Shown here one piece after another: positions 47,417 through 56,874 of a stretch of 64,000 nucleotides of DNA. Where the stretch lies: contig CAXXFL010000006.1 of NCBI GenBank assembly GCA_963674965.2, positions 192,001-256,000 on the forward strand. The letters are read 5' to 3'. The notes under the pieces were generated by a model. That model did not search any database. It was not told the DNA's origin and was given only the letters and a program-made list of their open reading frames with translations. Position 1 is the stretch's first letter. Each line of letters opens with the position of its first letter. The position numbers and the translations under genes are program-made. Origin of the DNA: a bacterium (GTDB taxonomy: Bacteria > RBG-13-61-14 > DATKZS01).

Positions 47417-49936
47417 TTAACGGCATTCGAGGTTTATGGACTGGTATCTCTCGAGGGTGATCTCGTCCGAGCCCGACGGGAGTTGGCATTTGCTATTTCC
47501 TCCCAACCTGGCGGTCCTTTCCTGTCCGGCCAGGTTCACAAGGCGCGCCGTGAGGGCGCCTCCCGGCGTTGGTTTCAGCGACTCGACTATAATATCCGGG
47601 TTGCTTGTCGTGATGGGCGGCTCGGGCATGGGCCGGTTTGACCCTCCGGCGGCCGCGACGAGGGGCCGAGCGACCTCGAGTCCACGCCGGGAGTTCTCGG
47701 CCGGGTCGTATTCGCGGTGGGGGAAGAGCGCGTAGCGAAATCTCGTCACGCCCGGCTGATCGGCCTTGTAGTTCGTCTCCCAATAATTGTTCATGACGTA
47801 GGAATAGATGGAGCCGTTATGCTCGGTTTGGCGGAGCCATTTTACGCGCGTCGCGTCCGCGGTTATGGCGCCGGCCTCGAAGAGGGGCGCGTCGATAAGC
47901 GTTATCTGCAGTCCATGCCCCGGGCCGGAGACGTCCACCCACCGCAGCGGGGTGAAGTAATTCTTGCACGCCCCGGTTATCTGGTCCTTATCCACCTCGG
48001 CCGCTCCCCAGGCCAGGTCGTAACGAACGGCGGGGCCGTCCGCCTTTACTGGGAAGGCGAAATGGACGCCCTCCTTGGAGCGGACCCGAGGCCGATCCAG
48101 CTCGTTTATGAGATCGATCCTGTCCAGACCCGCGTATATGGCAACCTCGGTTTTGAGGGAGTCGGTCATGGGCGCCCGCCTTTCCACCTCGATCGAGCAG
48201 ACCAGGGGACCGGACTCGAGGACCCGGAACCCGGGCCTTGGGTCCCGCGATTTTCGTTTGCCCAATCTCGGCGAGCGGCCGCGCACGTAGACGTACTCGT
48301 TAAAGCCGTCCTCGAAATCATTGTTGACGTACTCGGTCCCGCTCCTTTTATCCAGTATGCTCGAGACGTTTCCCCGTTCAGTATCTAGGACGACCTTAAA
48401 GTGTTCGTTCTCGAGCCAGTTCTCGCCCACCTTGCACCCGGCCTCATCAGGGGAAGAGGGAGGGCCGTCGGTCAGGAGATAGCGATTCTCCGTAAAGCCA
48501 TCAACATCCCCGGCCATGAAGAAAAGACGTCCGCCGGCAAGCACCTGGGAGGGGACGGGTTTTCCGTCCGAGGTTTCTACCCTGAGGCCCGCGGGGTTGG
48601 GGAGAACGACGGGACCGGAGACGGTCCAGGAATGGGGGTTGATGACCGAGACGCGGTCGCCGGCGCCGTCCGCTTTTAGAATCTCGCCCAACAAATCCTC
48701 GGCCATTTGATCGGCCTCGAGGGCTCGGGTCTTTTTCCAGTCCCATTGGCTTTTGACGAATTTCGCGTCGGGCACGGTGATCGAGTTCCACGCTCCCCAG
48801 GTGTGCTCGTTGAAGAGCATGACCTGATTCCAGGCCTGGTGGAACCTCGCCTCCGGAAAGCCGCCCGGATCGAGCAGGGACCATAGGACCTGGGCCGTCT
48901 CGAGCTTCTCCGCCGCGTTCCTGGCGATAGCCGTTTCCCTGGCGGTGGAGGCGGCCCCGTCCTCCCAGTAGGGAGTGAAGTCCCCCGTGAAAACGGGCAG
49001 TTCCTTTCCGTGCCTCCTCTCGAACTCGGAAAAGGACTCGGACACGGTGGTCAGCCTCACCTGGACCCGGGGATATTTCTCGTTCCACTCGGCTACTACG
49101 CGCGAGATTTCCGGGTCGGGCGGTCCGTTGTCCGCGCCCACGGCGTAGCGGATGGGAAGTATCGAGTAGGGGTAACCTCGCTTATCGAGTTCCCTTAAAT
49201 ACCGGAATAAGCGGCCGGGGGTGAACTTGTTGGGCGGATTCGTCTCGCCCGTCAGCAGGGTGACGGGGGTATGGAACCATGAATAACCCTTGCCGTGAAT
49301 GAAAACCAGCACCCGGTCTTTCCCGGTGGGAGAGGTCCAGTAGAAGGGCTTGTCGCCCCAGTCCTCCAGTACGTGTCCGATCCGGTGGCCGGCGTTGGTC
49401 CCTATCGAGAGATACTTGACGCCGTTTTGGGAAAGGGCCGCGCCCAGGCCCCAGCTCCAGCCGGGAACGTCGGTGATCATGGCCGAGTCGATGGGCTTGC
49501 CGGTCATCAACTCGAGCTCGCCTTTATAGGCCAGGGCGCGATAGAACTCCTCCGGCCGCATAAGACCGGTGAGCATGTTGCTGAACATGGCGTCAAGGCC
49601 GACCGAGCCTTGCCTGACCTGCCGGATGAAGCGGTCCTTTTCGTCCTCGCCGGCTTGATCGAGCCAGGTTTCGATGGCCCAGTTGACCTCGGGGTTCCAG
49701 CGGAAGCGGGCGGGCTCGGGCATGTCGGCCGAGGCGTCGGCCAGGTCCATGGCCGTCTCGAGGTTTCTCCATTGCTTTCGCATGACCTCGTCCTGGGTAT
49801 TGGTATAGCCTATGTCCACGTGAGTGTGATGGATAAGGTGAATCTCCCAATCCCGGCCCGGTTCGGAGGGGCTGCCGTTTCCCGGCGCGAGGCCACAAAA
49901 AGCCAGCGCTATGAGCGCTATGATAGAATTCTTCAT
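47417..49936 (-). CDS. Exported glycoside hydrolase family 38 (alpha-mannosidase-like)
   Basis: Signal peptide from MKNSIIAL; HHTHVDIGY, TDVPGWSW, YWEDG, FNEHTWG, MNNYWETNY. Confidence 0.85.
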   Translation of the reverse strand: MKNSIIALIALAFCGLAPGNGSPSEPGRDWEIHLIHHTHVDIGYTNTQDEVMRKQWRNLETAMDLADASADMPEPARFRWNPEVNWAIETWLDQAGEDEKDRFIRQVRQGSVGLDAMFSNMLTGLMRPEEFYRALAYKGELELMTGKPIDSAMITDVPGWSWGLGAALSQNGVKYLSIGTNAGHRIGHVLEDWGDKPFYWTSPTGKDRVLVFIHGKGYSWFHTPVTLLTGETNPPNKFTPGRLFRYLRELDKRGYPYSILPIRYAVGADNGPPDPEISRVVAEWNEKYPRVQVRLTTVSESFSEFERRHGKELPVFTGDFTPYWEDGAASTARETAIARNAAEKLETAQVLWSLLDPGGFPEARFHQAWNQVMLFNEHTWGAWNSITVPDAKFVKSQWDWKKTRALEADQMAEDLLGEILKADGAGDRVSVINPHSWTVSGPVVLPNPAGLRVETSDGKPVPSQVLAGGRLFFMAGDVDGFTENRYLLTDGPPSSPDEAGCKVGENWLENEHFKVVLDTERGNVSSILDKRSGTEYVNNDFEDGFNEYVYVRGRSPRLGKRKSRDPRPGFRVLESGPLVCSIEVERRAPMTDSLKTEVAIYAGLDRIDLINELDRPRVRSKEGVHFAFPVKADGPAVRYDLAWGAAEVDKDQITGACKNYFTPLRWVDVSGPGHGLQITLIDAPLFEAGAITADATRVKWLRQTEHNGSIYSYVMNNYWETNYKADQPGVTRFRYALFPHREYDPAENSRRGLEVARPLVAAAGGSNRPMPEPPITTSNPDIIVESLKPTPGGALTARLVNLAGQERTARLGGNSKCQLPSGSDEITLERYQSINLECR

Positions 49937-50115
49937 AGAGAATAAATTAGCATATTGGAGGTGGTCATGGCTAGCGATCGGCTTCGGCCCTGCATTTTTA
50001 CATCGGCCAAAATACATTTTAAATTAAATTATACAATAGCTTAGTAGCGATTTATATATTTACAAACCTGGGCCTGGCATAGGAACGACAAAGTTGATAA
50101 CGTTGAAAAAAAGTC

Positions 50116-50144
50116 TTGAAATAACGATCGATATATTGTATAGT
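50116..50144 (+). promoter_or_regulatory. Putative sigma70 promoter
   Basis: TTGAAA-N17-TATAGT, about 70 nt upstream of 50217. Confidence 0.55.
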
Positions 50145-50216
50145 GCCGCCATGGTATGCAGTTCGGGTTAATCTGTTTTAGACGGACGCCCAAAGGCGCT
50201 TGGGGGAGGACCGCGC

Positions 50217-50771
50217 ATGGAAATGGAAGTAAAAGGGACGCTGATCCTGGATTACGTCAAGTTTGTCAGGGCCAACAAGGACAAGCACTGGGATAAATGG
50301 CTGACGCCCCAGGACTGGGACGTGGTCAATTCTCTTGTCCTGGCCTCGAAATGGTATCCCTTCGAAACCTGGCAGCGCCTGGGCGCGGCCGTGTTCAACG
50401 AGGTGGCGGGCAAGAACTTATCCCTGATCCAGGCTTACGGGCCGGTGGTAATGGGAAACCTCCTCAAGACCTACAAGAACGTCCTTGTTGAGGGCGACCC
50501 CCTGGCCAGCATTGACAAGTTCGAGTCCTTAAGGAGGAATTTCCTCAGGGGTACCGGATCGGACCTTGAAGTGGTAGAGAAATCCGGGCGGAGCGTCAAA
50601 ATCAAGATGCACGTCAACGAGATGGACCGCAAAATAGGAGAGCCAGAAGGGTTTGCCTACGCCGTGTCCGGCAGCGTCCAGGAGTTGGTCAAAAGGGCCG
50701 GCGGCAAGACCCCCACCACAACCATCACCCCCGTGGAGGGCGGATACGAGTTGGTGGTTACCTGGGAATAG
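50217..50771 (+). CDS. Hypothetical protein (DUF2378-like)
   Basis: GGAGG RBS; VKGT...VLASKWYP...W C-terminus pattern; family call tentative. Confidence 0.7.
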   Translation: MEMEVKGTLILDYVKFVRANKDKHWDKWLTPQDWDVVNSLVLASKWYPFETWQRLGAAVFNEVAGKNLSLIQAYGPVVMGNLLKTYKNVLVEGDPLASIDKFESLRRNFLRGTGSDLEVVEKSGRSVKIKMHVNEMDRKIGEPEGFAYAVSGSVQELVKRAGGKTPTTTITPVEGGYELVVTWE

Positions 50772-51137
50772 TCTCGCCTTTTCAAAAAAAACGGGCCTGA
50801 GTACTGAATCCGCCTCACCGTTAAGGAATGCCTGAAATTATCCAAAATAGCGCCACAATTTCGGCGCATCTTTTTTATATAACGCGGACGTCATGGCTAA
50901 ATCGATATCTTTTGGTCTTGCCCATCATGTTGGAGGCCTCCTGGAAGTCGAGAAAAACGCCTCGAATACCTCTCCTTTTTATCGCGCTGTTAGTGTATAC
51001 CGGGGCAACCCTTTCCATGAAGTTAGTATTGATCGTCCTGCACACCATAGGGGCCATCAGTCAATATGGGTGCTGAATGGCCCGCTAGGTTTCGGGGAAA
51101 CCGGGCGGGCCGCCATTCCTTTGGGCCTGCGGCTTCA

Positions 51138-53543
51138 CTAGGGCGCGATAATCAGCTCTCCCATCATTTGGTCGCGGTAGTCTTGCTCGTCCATGCTCAT
51201 GATGAAGTATTGTCCTTCCAGCCAGGCGGGCATGAGGTTGTTGTATCTCGCGGACCTGGGGTTGTCTCCGTTTCCTGAGGTGGCGTTGAAGATGATTTTT
51301 CTGGGGTCGTCGAAATCGACGATGATCCGGGAGGACGGCCCGACGAAGTCCATGTACCCGAGGGGTCCGAGGCCGAAGTGGTTGGCGGCGTTGATGGTCT
51401 CTCCCGTTCCGGGTACCGGGTAGGGACCTTTGGAATATTTTTTCGTGGCGCCGGGAATGGACACGAAGGCGGGGGAGAGGGTGAGGACGGACACGTCTCC
51501 CCACCGCCACCTCGAGGCGAGGAGGCCCTGGTTCCGATACATCCGCTTCATGGCCCTTCGCATGGTCTTTCGCGTTATGTCCTTTCTGGTCTCCCGCTTC
51601 ATGGTCCTCACGTCGTCGTACCAGGCGTTGTCCGGGTCGTCGATTATCTTGTTCAGCCCCTCCTGCATGAGGCTGGACGCCCGCATGGCCACGGTAAGGG
51701 TGCCCTTCAGCTCATCCCCGAACACGGCCTCGGGGAACTTGGTAGTAAAGAACTCGTAAACGCAGACGCCCCTCGAGTCCAGGTCCGCCCGGTATCCCCG
51801 CCCTTCCCATTCCCGCAGGATGGCGGCGGCCTTTTTAAGGACCGGGTCGGAAGTCCCCTCCAGGTCGCCCAGGATGAGGGGGACCATGGTCCGGGCGCTG
51901 TATACCGAGACGTCGTACTGGATGCGCTTCATGTCCTCCGCGTCGTGGATGGGTTTTTCCTCGATCAGCTCGGAAATCCTGTGGGCCCGGCTGGGTCCGA
52001 TGTATCCCTGGGTGATGTAATAGGGATAGTCCGGCGTCTCGACGCGGTTGTTGGCCGTCGCGATGTAACCCTTCTTCGGGTTGACCAGGTGGGGGTTGTC
52101 CTGGAAGGGCACAAACCCCCGCCAGTCGCTTTCCTCCTCCCATCCTTTCCTGGCGATCGCGCCCTGGTTGTCGGAGCGGATGGGGATATGGCCGCTGGTC
52201 CAGTAGGCGATGTTCCCGTCCGCGTCGGCGTAGGTATGGTTCCAGGCGAAGGGGCCCATGGACATGCCCGCCGCCCCGTCTTTCCACTCCTCGAGGTTTT
52301 TCGCCCGGGCCATCTCCTGGTATCCCTTGAAAAAGGCGGCGTAGTCCATGTCCACGAACCTTATGGCCATGACCTCGCCGGGCTCGGATGGCACGTTCCA
52401 TCCCAGGAGGTCCTTTTCGATGACCACGCCGTGCCTGGTGTGGCGCATGTCGTAGGCGAGCGGTTTTTTGCCGCTGATCTTTACCTCTCCCTTTTCGATC
52501 TCGAATGGTACCCACTCCCCTTTGGCCATGTACTCGGAGGGGTCGTCGGGATTGACCTTTTCCCTCCACAGGTCCACGTAGTCCATGCCCACGTTGGTCA
52601 GGACCCATCCGAGCTTGCCGTTGGTGGCGGCGCCATAGCAGGGGAAGCCAGAGAACATGAGTCCCATCACGTCGTAATTGGGGCTCTTGATGTGGCAGTG
52701 GTACCAGAAGGTGGGCGCAATGGTGATGGGCACGTGGGGGTCGTTGCAAAGGAGGGGCTTACCCGATCTTGTCCTATTTCCGGCCAGGGCCCAGTTGTTC
52801 GAGCCGAGGCCCTCGAGCGGCCCGGGCAAAAAGGGCCTCGGTGCGGCGGCCAGGAGCGGCTCGTCCCGCGTGATGATGACCCAGTCGTCGGGATAATGGG
52901 GCATGAAGAAGTCGCGGACCTCGTCCCCATGGTCCCGCCTGATCCGCTCGAGATAGTACTCGTCAAGGTAGGCCGAGTAGGACATGGTCAGACCCATGAG
53001 TCCCGCCACCACGTAGCCGTCCTCCATGGTCCAGGGCGCGGGCTCCTGGCCAAAGGTGGCGTTGAATTGAATGCCGCGCCCGCCGCTCTCGAGGTACTTG
53101 TTCACGCCCCGAGTGAAGGCCTCGAGCAGGGCCCGGCTTTCCGGGTCCATGGCGGCCACGCCCTCCTTGGCCGAGCGCTCGAACTGGAGCGTCCGCGCCA
53201 TGATGTCGATATGGGGAAGGTCCACGCCGAGAAGCTTGACGGGAGAGCCGATCAACTCGGACAGGCGTCCGGCCCCGGCCCTTCGAAACATCTCCATCAT
53301 CATGAACCTGTCCTGGGCCATGGAGAATCCCACCGCGTAGAACAAGTCCTCATCGTTTTCCGCCGCGATATGGACGCACCCGTTCTTGTCCCTGACCACC
53401 GAGACGGGGGCGGACACGTCCATGCCCGTCAGCTCTCCCTGGACGGGATCGTACCTGTCCAAGTCCGGCACGGAGCAGGCCATGACCGAAACGAGAAGAG
53501 CCAGGGCCGCAAATCTTGAAGTGAAATAGAAAAGCCTCGCCAT
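51138..53543 (-). CDS. Penicillin acylase family Ntn-hydrolase, probable lipoprotein
   Basis: Lipobox-like VMAC; AQDRF; GSNNWA nucleophile; NDPH; YADADGNIAY; TANN. Confidence 0.92.
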   Translation of the reverse strand: MARLFYFTSRFAALALLVSVMACSVPDLDRYDPVQGELTGMDVSAPVSVVRDKNGCVHIAAENDEDLFYAVGFSMAQDRFMMMEMFRRAGAGRLSELIGSPVKLLGVDLPHIDIMARTLQFERSAKEGVAAMDPESRALLEAFTRGVNKYLESGGRGIQFNATFGQEPAPWTMEDGYVVAGLMGLTMSYSAYLDEYYLERIRRDHGDEVRDFFMPHYPDDWVIITRDEPLLAAAPRPFLPGPLEGLGSNNWALAGNRTRSGKPLLCNDPHVPITIAPTFWYHCHIKSPNYDVMGLMFSGFPCYGAATNGKLGWVLTNVGMDYVDLWREKVNPDDPSEYMAKGEWVPFEIEKGEVKISGKKPLAYDMRHTRHGVVIEKDLLGWNVPSEPGEVMAIRFVDMDYAAFFKGYQEMARAKNLEEWKDGAAGMSMGPFAWNHTYADADGNIAYWTSGHIPIRSDNQGAIARKGWEEESDWRGFVPFQDNPHLVNPKKGYIATANNRVETPDYPYYITQGYIGPSRAHRISELIEEKPIHDAEDMKRIQYDVSVYSARTMVPLILGDLEGTSDPVLKKAAAILREWEGRGYRADLDSRGVCVYEFFTTKFPEAVFGDELKGTLTVAMRASSLMQEGLNKIIDDPDNAWYDDVRTMKRETRKDITRKTMRRAMKRMYRNQGLLASRWRWGDVSVLTLSPAFVSIPGATKKYSKGPYPVPGTGETINAANHFGLGPLGYMDFVGPSSRIIVDFDDPRKIIFNATSGNGDNPRSARYNNLMPAWLEGQYFIMSMDEQDYRDQMMGELIIAP

Positions 53544-53610
53544 AATTATTCTCCCTCCATGGGATGAATCCTATTACGGCGAGGCTTTATTTGTCAATTG
53601 GCAAAATCAA

Positions 53611-54582
53611 TCAGGCCGGCGGATAATGCAGGGAATACAAGCTCCTCCATCCCTTGGTAAAGGGCTTTTTCAGCACGGCCTCGATCTCTTCTTTTGGGCG
53701 CTGGGACATTTCCTCGGCCGGCGGCAGAACGCCCGCGGGAAAGCGCTCCATTATGTCGCCAATCAATTTCTCGATGTAATCGAGGAGCGCCTCGATGCCG
53801 GGCCTGGCCTTGTCCGCGTCGGCTAAAGAGGTCTTGCCCACGCATCCCTCCGGATAGGCGGCGAACTCGACGGGACCGAGTCCGACCTGTCCGTACCAGG
53901 TAATGGGACGATGGAGCAGGCACCCGGCCTTGTCCACGTGGCCGTCGGGCAGGTATCCACGCGGCTGAGTGTCCACGGCGTCGTCCATCTTGATCATCTC
54001 GGGGAAGAGCCCGAGGGACCAACTGGTCTCGACCTCGTCGGCGTGGATGAAGTCGGTCTGGTAGGGCCCTCCGTCCTTCTCGAGCTTGAAGTGTTGGGGC
54101 ACGGCGTGATACCAGTTGAGGTTGACCAGGACCGACGGCACCTGGTAGGTCTTGGCGAACTGGTGGATGGCCGTGGGTATGACGTACTCCTGGCCGTGGC
54201 CGTTTAATAGTATCTGCTTCCTGAACCCCATGTTCCACAGGCCGGCTATCATGCTCTTGACCATGCCCGTGAAGATTTCCTCGGGAACGACAACGGTCCC
54301 GGGCATGCCCATGTGATGGAAGGGGTGGCTTCCGTACCACAAAGGCTGGGCCACGGTGCAGCCCGCGGCCTTGGCCACCTGCTCGGCCATGCGGGTAACC
54401 AGGAAGGTGTCCTCCCCGATGCAGGCGCAGGGGCCGTGGTTCTCGGTCGAGCCGAGGGGAACGATGATAAGGTCGCAATCGTCCAGCCTCTCGCCAATTT
54501 CCTTCATGGTCATATTCTGGAGGTAAACTCCACTGGCCAGGTCCATGTGTCCGCCCTGGGGAGGTATTTGCCATTTGCTCAT
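53611..54582 (-). CDS. iolN: 3-dehydro-scyllo-inosose hydrolase (creatininase family)
   Basis: GSTENHG, GEDTFLVTRMAEQVA, LNGHGQE, FIHADEVETSWSL, GHVDKAG; closely resembles Thermotoga IolN as I recall it. Confidence 0.82.
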   Translation of the reverse strand: MSKWQIPPQGGHMDLASGVYLQNMTMKEIGERLDDCDLIIVPLGSTENHGPCACIGEDTFLVTRMAEQVAKAAGCTVAQPLWYGSHPFHHMGMPGTVVVPEEIFTGMVKSMIAGLWNMGFRKQILLNGHGQEYVIPTAIHQFAKTYQVPSVLVNLNWYHAVPQHFKLEKDGGPYQTDFIHADEVETSWSLGLFPEMIKMDDAVDTQPRGYLPDGHVDKAGCLLHRPITWYGQVGLGPVEFAAYPEGCVGKTSLADADKARPGIEALLDYIEKLIGDIMERFPAGVLPPAEEMSQRPKEEIEAVLKKPFTKGWRSLYSLHYPPA

Positions 54583-54768
54583 GTCTGCATCTCCTTGTCC
54601 ATAGAATTGATATCGCCTGGGGACCGGCCATCATATCCGGTCCGATCATACACATTATAGCAGTATTATCGGAAAAGGGACCAAGCCATGAGACGGACTT
54701 CAAAGATGAATAATGCAGGTTGTACTCCGCTTGGTAGGCGTAAGGCGATGAGTTCGATCATGGGCGCG

Positions 54769-55005
54769 TTACTCGCCCGATTCATTTATTGCGTCAAATA
54801 TGTTTTCCACCAGCCTATATACGGTCGTGCCCGTTGTCCTTGGCCAGTCTTCGCAAGGAGGATTGTCAATTTCCTTGGCGCGCCTTACCGCGTCTTCGAT
54901 TCTCTCCCAGTTGAAAAGGCTTGACCGGATTCCTTTATCGTAGTCGGGACAATGCCTTTTCAATCTGTCCTTACAGACTCTGGCGCTGGTTACGTTATCA
55001 ATCAA
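54769..55005 (-). pseudogene. Probable C-terminal fragment of a RloB-like protein
   Basis: LKRHCPDYDK...AVRRAK...TTVYRLVE matches the RloB C-terminal pattern; no N-terminal part or partner ATPase is visible. Confidence 0.45.
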
Positions 55006-55164
55006 GGATGTAGCTTTCAGGACGAGCTTCGGACTTGGTCCGGAGAAAACAGAGAATCAGGGGCCAAACAGAGAAAGAAAGGCGGGAGAATGGGGAGAAT
55101 CGGCGGTGCGGAGAGGTGCTTTGGAATGATGTAAAACAGGCGCAACCCCTTTAGAAACAAGGGG

Positions 55165-55213
55165 AAAAAGAAAAACCGTCACCCCGGAGAATGACCCCAG
55201 AGAGACGGGTTTG
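55165..55213 (-). terminator. Intrinsic terminator-like hairpin downstream of the tmRNA 3' fragment
   Basis: Minus strand AAACCCGTC...GACGGTTTTT stem followed by a T-rich run. Confidence 0.65.
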
Positions 55214-55224
55214 TCTTTTCTAAA

Positions 55225-55254
55225 TGGTGGAGGCGGCGGGAATCGAACCCGCGT
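55225..55254 (-). other. ssrA: Duplicated 3' end of tmRNA (ssrA), the attachment site of a genomic island
   Basis: Minus strand ACGCGGGTTCGATTCCCGCCGCCTCCACCA (T-arm, Ala-type acceptor half, CCA); similarity stops upstream, where integrase coding sequence lies. Confidence 0.85.
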
Positions 55255-56334
55255 ATTTTCGGGGTCGGACACACCACTTAACTCTCTGTATCCATTAGTA
55301 AATTCGGTTCCGTCGATTTCGATTGTGTCATCGCTGGACACACATTGGACACACTTTCCAAGGTCCGAAAATAGTCTTTCGGTGAGTTCTGAGAGCCTCG
55401 CGTGTGAAGTCTTGGCATAGACGTTCATGGTGAGGTCCGGGGTTGAATGCCTGGCCAGAGTTTGTACTTCTTTTACGTTGGCTCCCACTTCAACCGTCCT
55501 GGTGATGAAGGTTGTTCTGAACGAATGGAAATCGATCTTTCCTTCTGAAGTCCATTTGGGGATGTCCGCTGCCTCCATGTCCTTGTCGAGTTCTCGGGCC
55601 GTGTGAGACGGAACATAAAGGAGTGGCTTGCTCGGAGACAGGCCGGTCGAATGCTTCACCAGCTTGTCCATCAGCCACTGGGGTATCGGTTGGACGCCTC
55701 TTTTTCTGTTCTTGGTCCAACGAGAGCGGAGGGCGAGAGCGCCCAACTCCGGCTTCAAGTCCTGCACGGTCAATGAGCGAATCTCATTAGCGCGAAGTCC
55801 GGTGTTGAGGGCCACCTCATAAAGCAAGCGGCGATCATCCGGGGCGACCTGAAGAAGTTTTAGAATTTCTTCTGTAGAAAGAGCACGTCGGTAGCTTTGA
55901 GGGCGGGTATCATAGCTTGTGAGTTTCGTAAGCGGGTCTTCGGACAGGTAGCCACGATCAACCGCCCAATTGCAAAAGGCGCAAAGCGCTTCACTGTAGT
56001 TCTGGAGGGTCTTTCCACTCAGGCCTTCTTTTTGAATATCCCTGAGAATCGATTCAACCCGTGGCAGGATGCCGTAAAGCTCACCCAGGGTAGTTAGACC
56101 GAGTTGCTCCTTCCACCATTGCAAGTGGGCCTTTCGCATCCGGGCATGGACATCACCCCAGGGAAGGCCACCGCGACCACCCTTGGATTCTCCCCAGGCC
56201 AGGTACTCGTCCATCACTCTGGAGACAGGACGGGTCCGTTCCTTGTCGGACTTCTTCGCAGGCGGCCCTCTGTGCCAACGTAGATGAGACACTTCCCCTA
56301 TGTTAAATTACTGTAGGGCGGGGGAGGTATTAGG

Positions 56335-56874
56335 ATGTATAGAGAGATGGATGAAGACAGGAAGAAGGCAGGGATTGTTGGGGAGACGGAGGGAGCCCGT
56401 AGGGCGACCGGAGTCTCCCCAACCGGGACGGCCGAGCCGGAGGACACTCCGGCCAAGCGGCCCGAGCGGGGAGGGGCGCCGATCATTCTTCCCGAGCCGG
56501 AGGTCCCGGAAAAGCCCGCCCGGCGGCGCTTCACCGCGGCTTACAAGCTCGCAATCCTCGGGAAGGCCGACGCCTGCTCGGGGCATGGCGAGGTCGGCGC
56601 CCTGCTGCGCCGGGAGGGCCTTTATTCGTCGCACCTGACGGCCTGGCGCAAGCAGCGGGACGAGGGGGCCTTGAAAGCGCTTTCGCCCGTAAAGCGGGGC
56701 CGCAAGCCCAAGGCCAAAAACCCGCTGGCCGATGAAGTGGCCCGCCTCGAGCGCGAGAACCGGAAGCTCCAAAAGCGGCTCGAACAGGCCGAGATGATAA
56801 TCGACTTCCAAAAAAAAGTTGCCGATCTGCTGGGGATACCCCTGGCCAAGCCGCCCGGCGAAGAGAGCGAATGA
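56335..56874 (+). CDS. IS3-family transposase OrfA
   Basis: RRRFTAAYKLAIL...ALLRREGLYSSHLTAWRKQ HTH and leucine zipper; A8G slippery run at 56810-56818 with the -1 frame open into OrfB. Confidence 0.88.
   Translation: MYREMDEDRKKAGIVGETEGARRATGVSPTGTAEPEDTPAKRPERGGAPIILPEPEVPEKPARRRFTAAYKLAILGKADACSGHGEVGALLRREGLYSSHLTAWRKQRDEGALKALSPVKRGRKPKAKNPLADEVARLERENRKLQKRLEQAEMIIDFQKKVADLLGIPLAKPPGEESE

Larger units (their letters stand above)
55057..56265 (-). pseudogene. Tyrosine integrase, C-terminal part (interrupted by IS)
   Basis: Catalytic set TGLRANE, TKNRK, FHSFR, LARHS, MNVY; joins in frame with 57928-58098 when the IS is removed. Confidence 0.9.

Noticed and set aside
50828-51141. Short overlapping ORFs between convergent genes
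   Set aside because: No RBS, motif or codon-usage support
55225-55254. Complete tRNA or tmRNA gene
   Set aside because: Only the 30-nt 3' end is present; upstream sequence is integrase coding DNA
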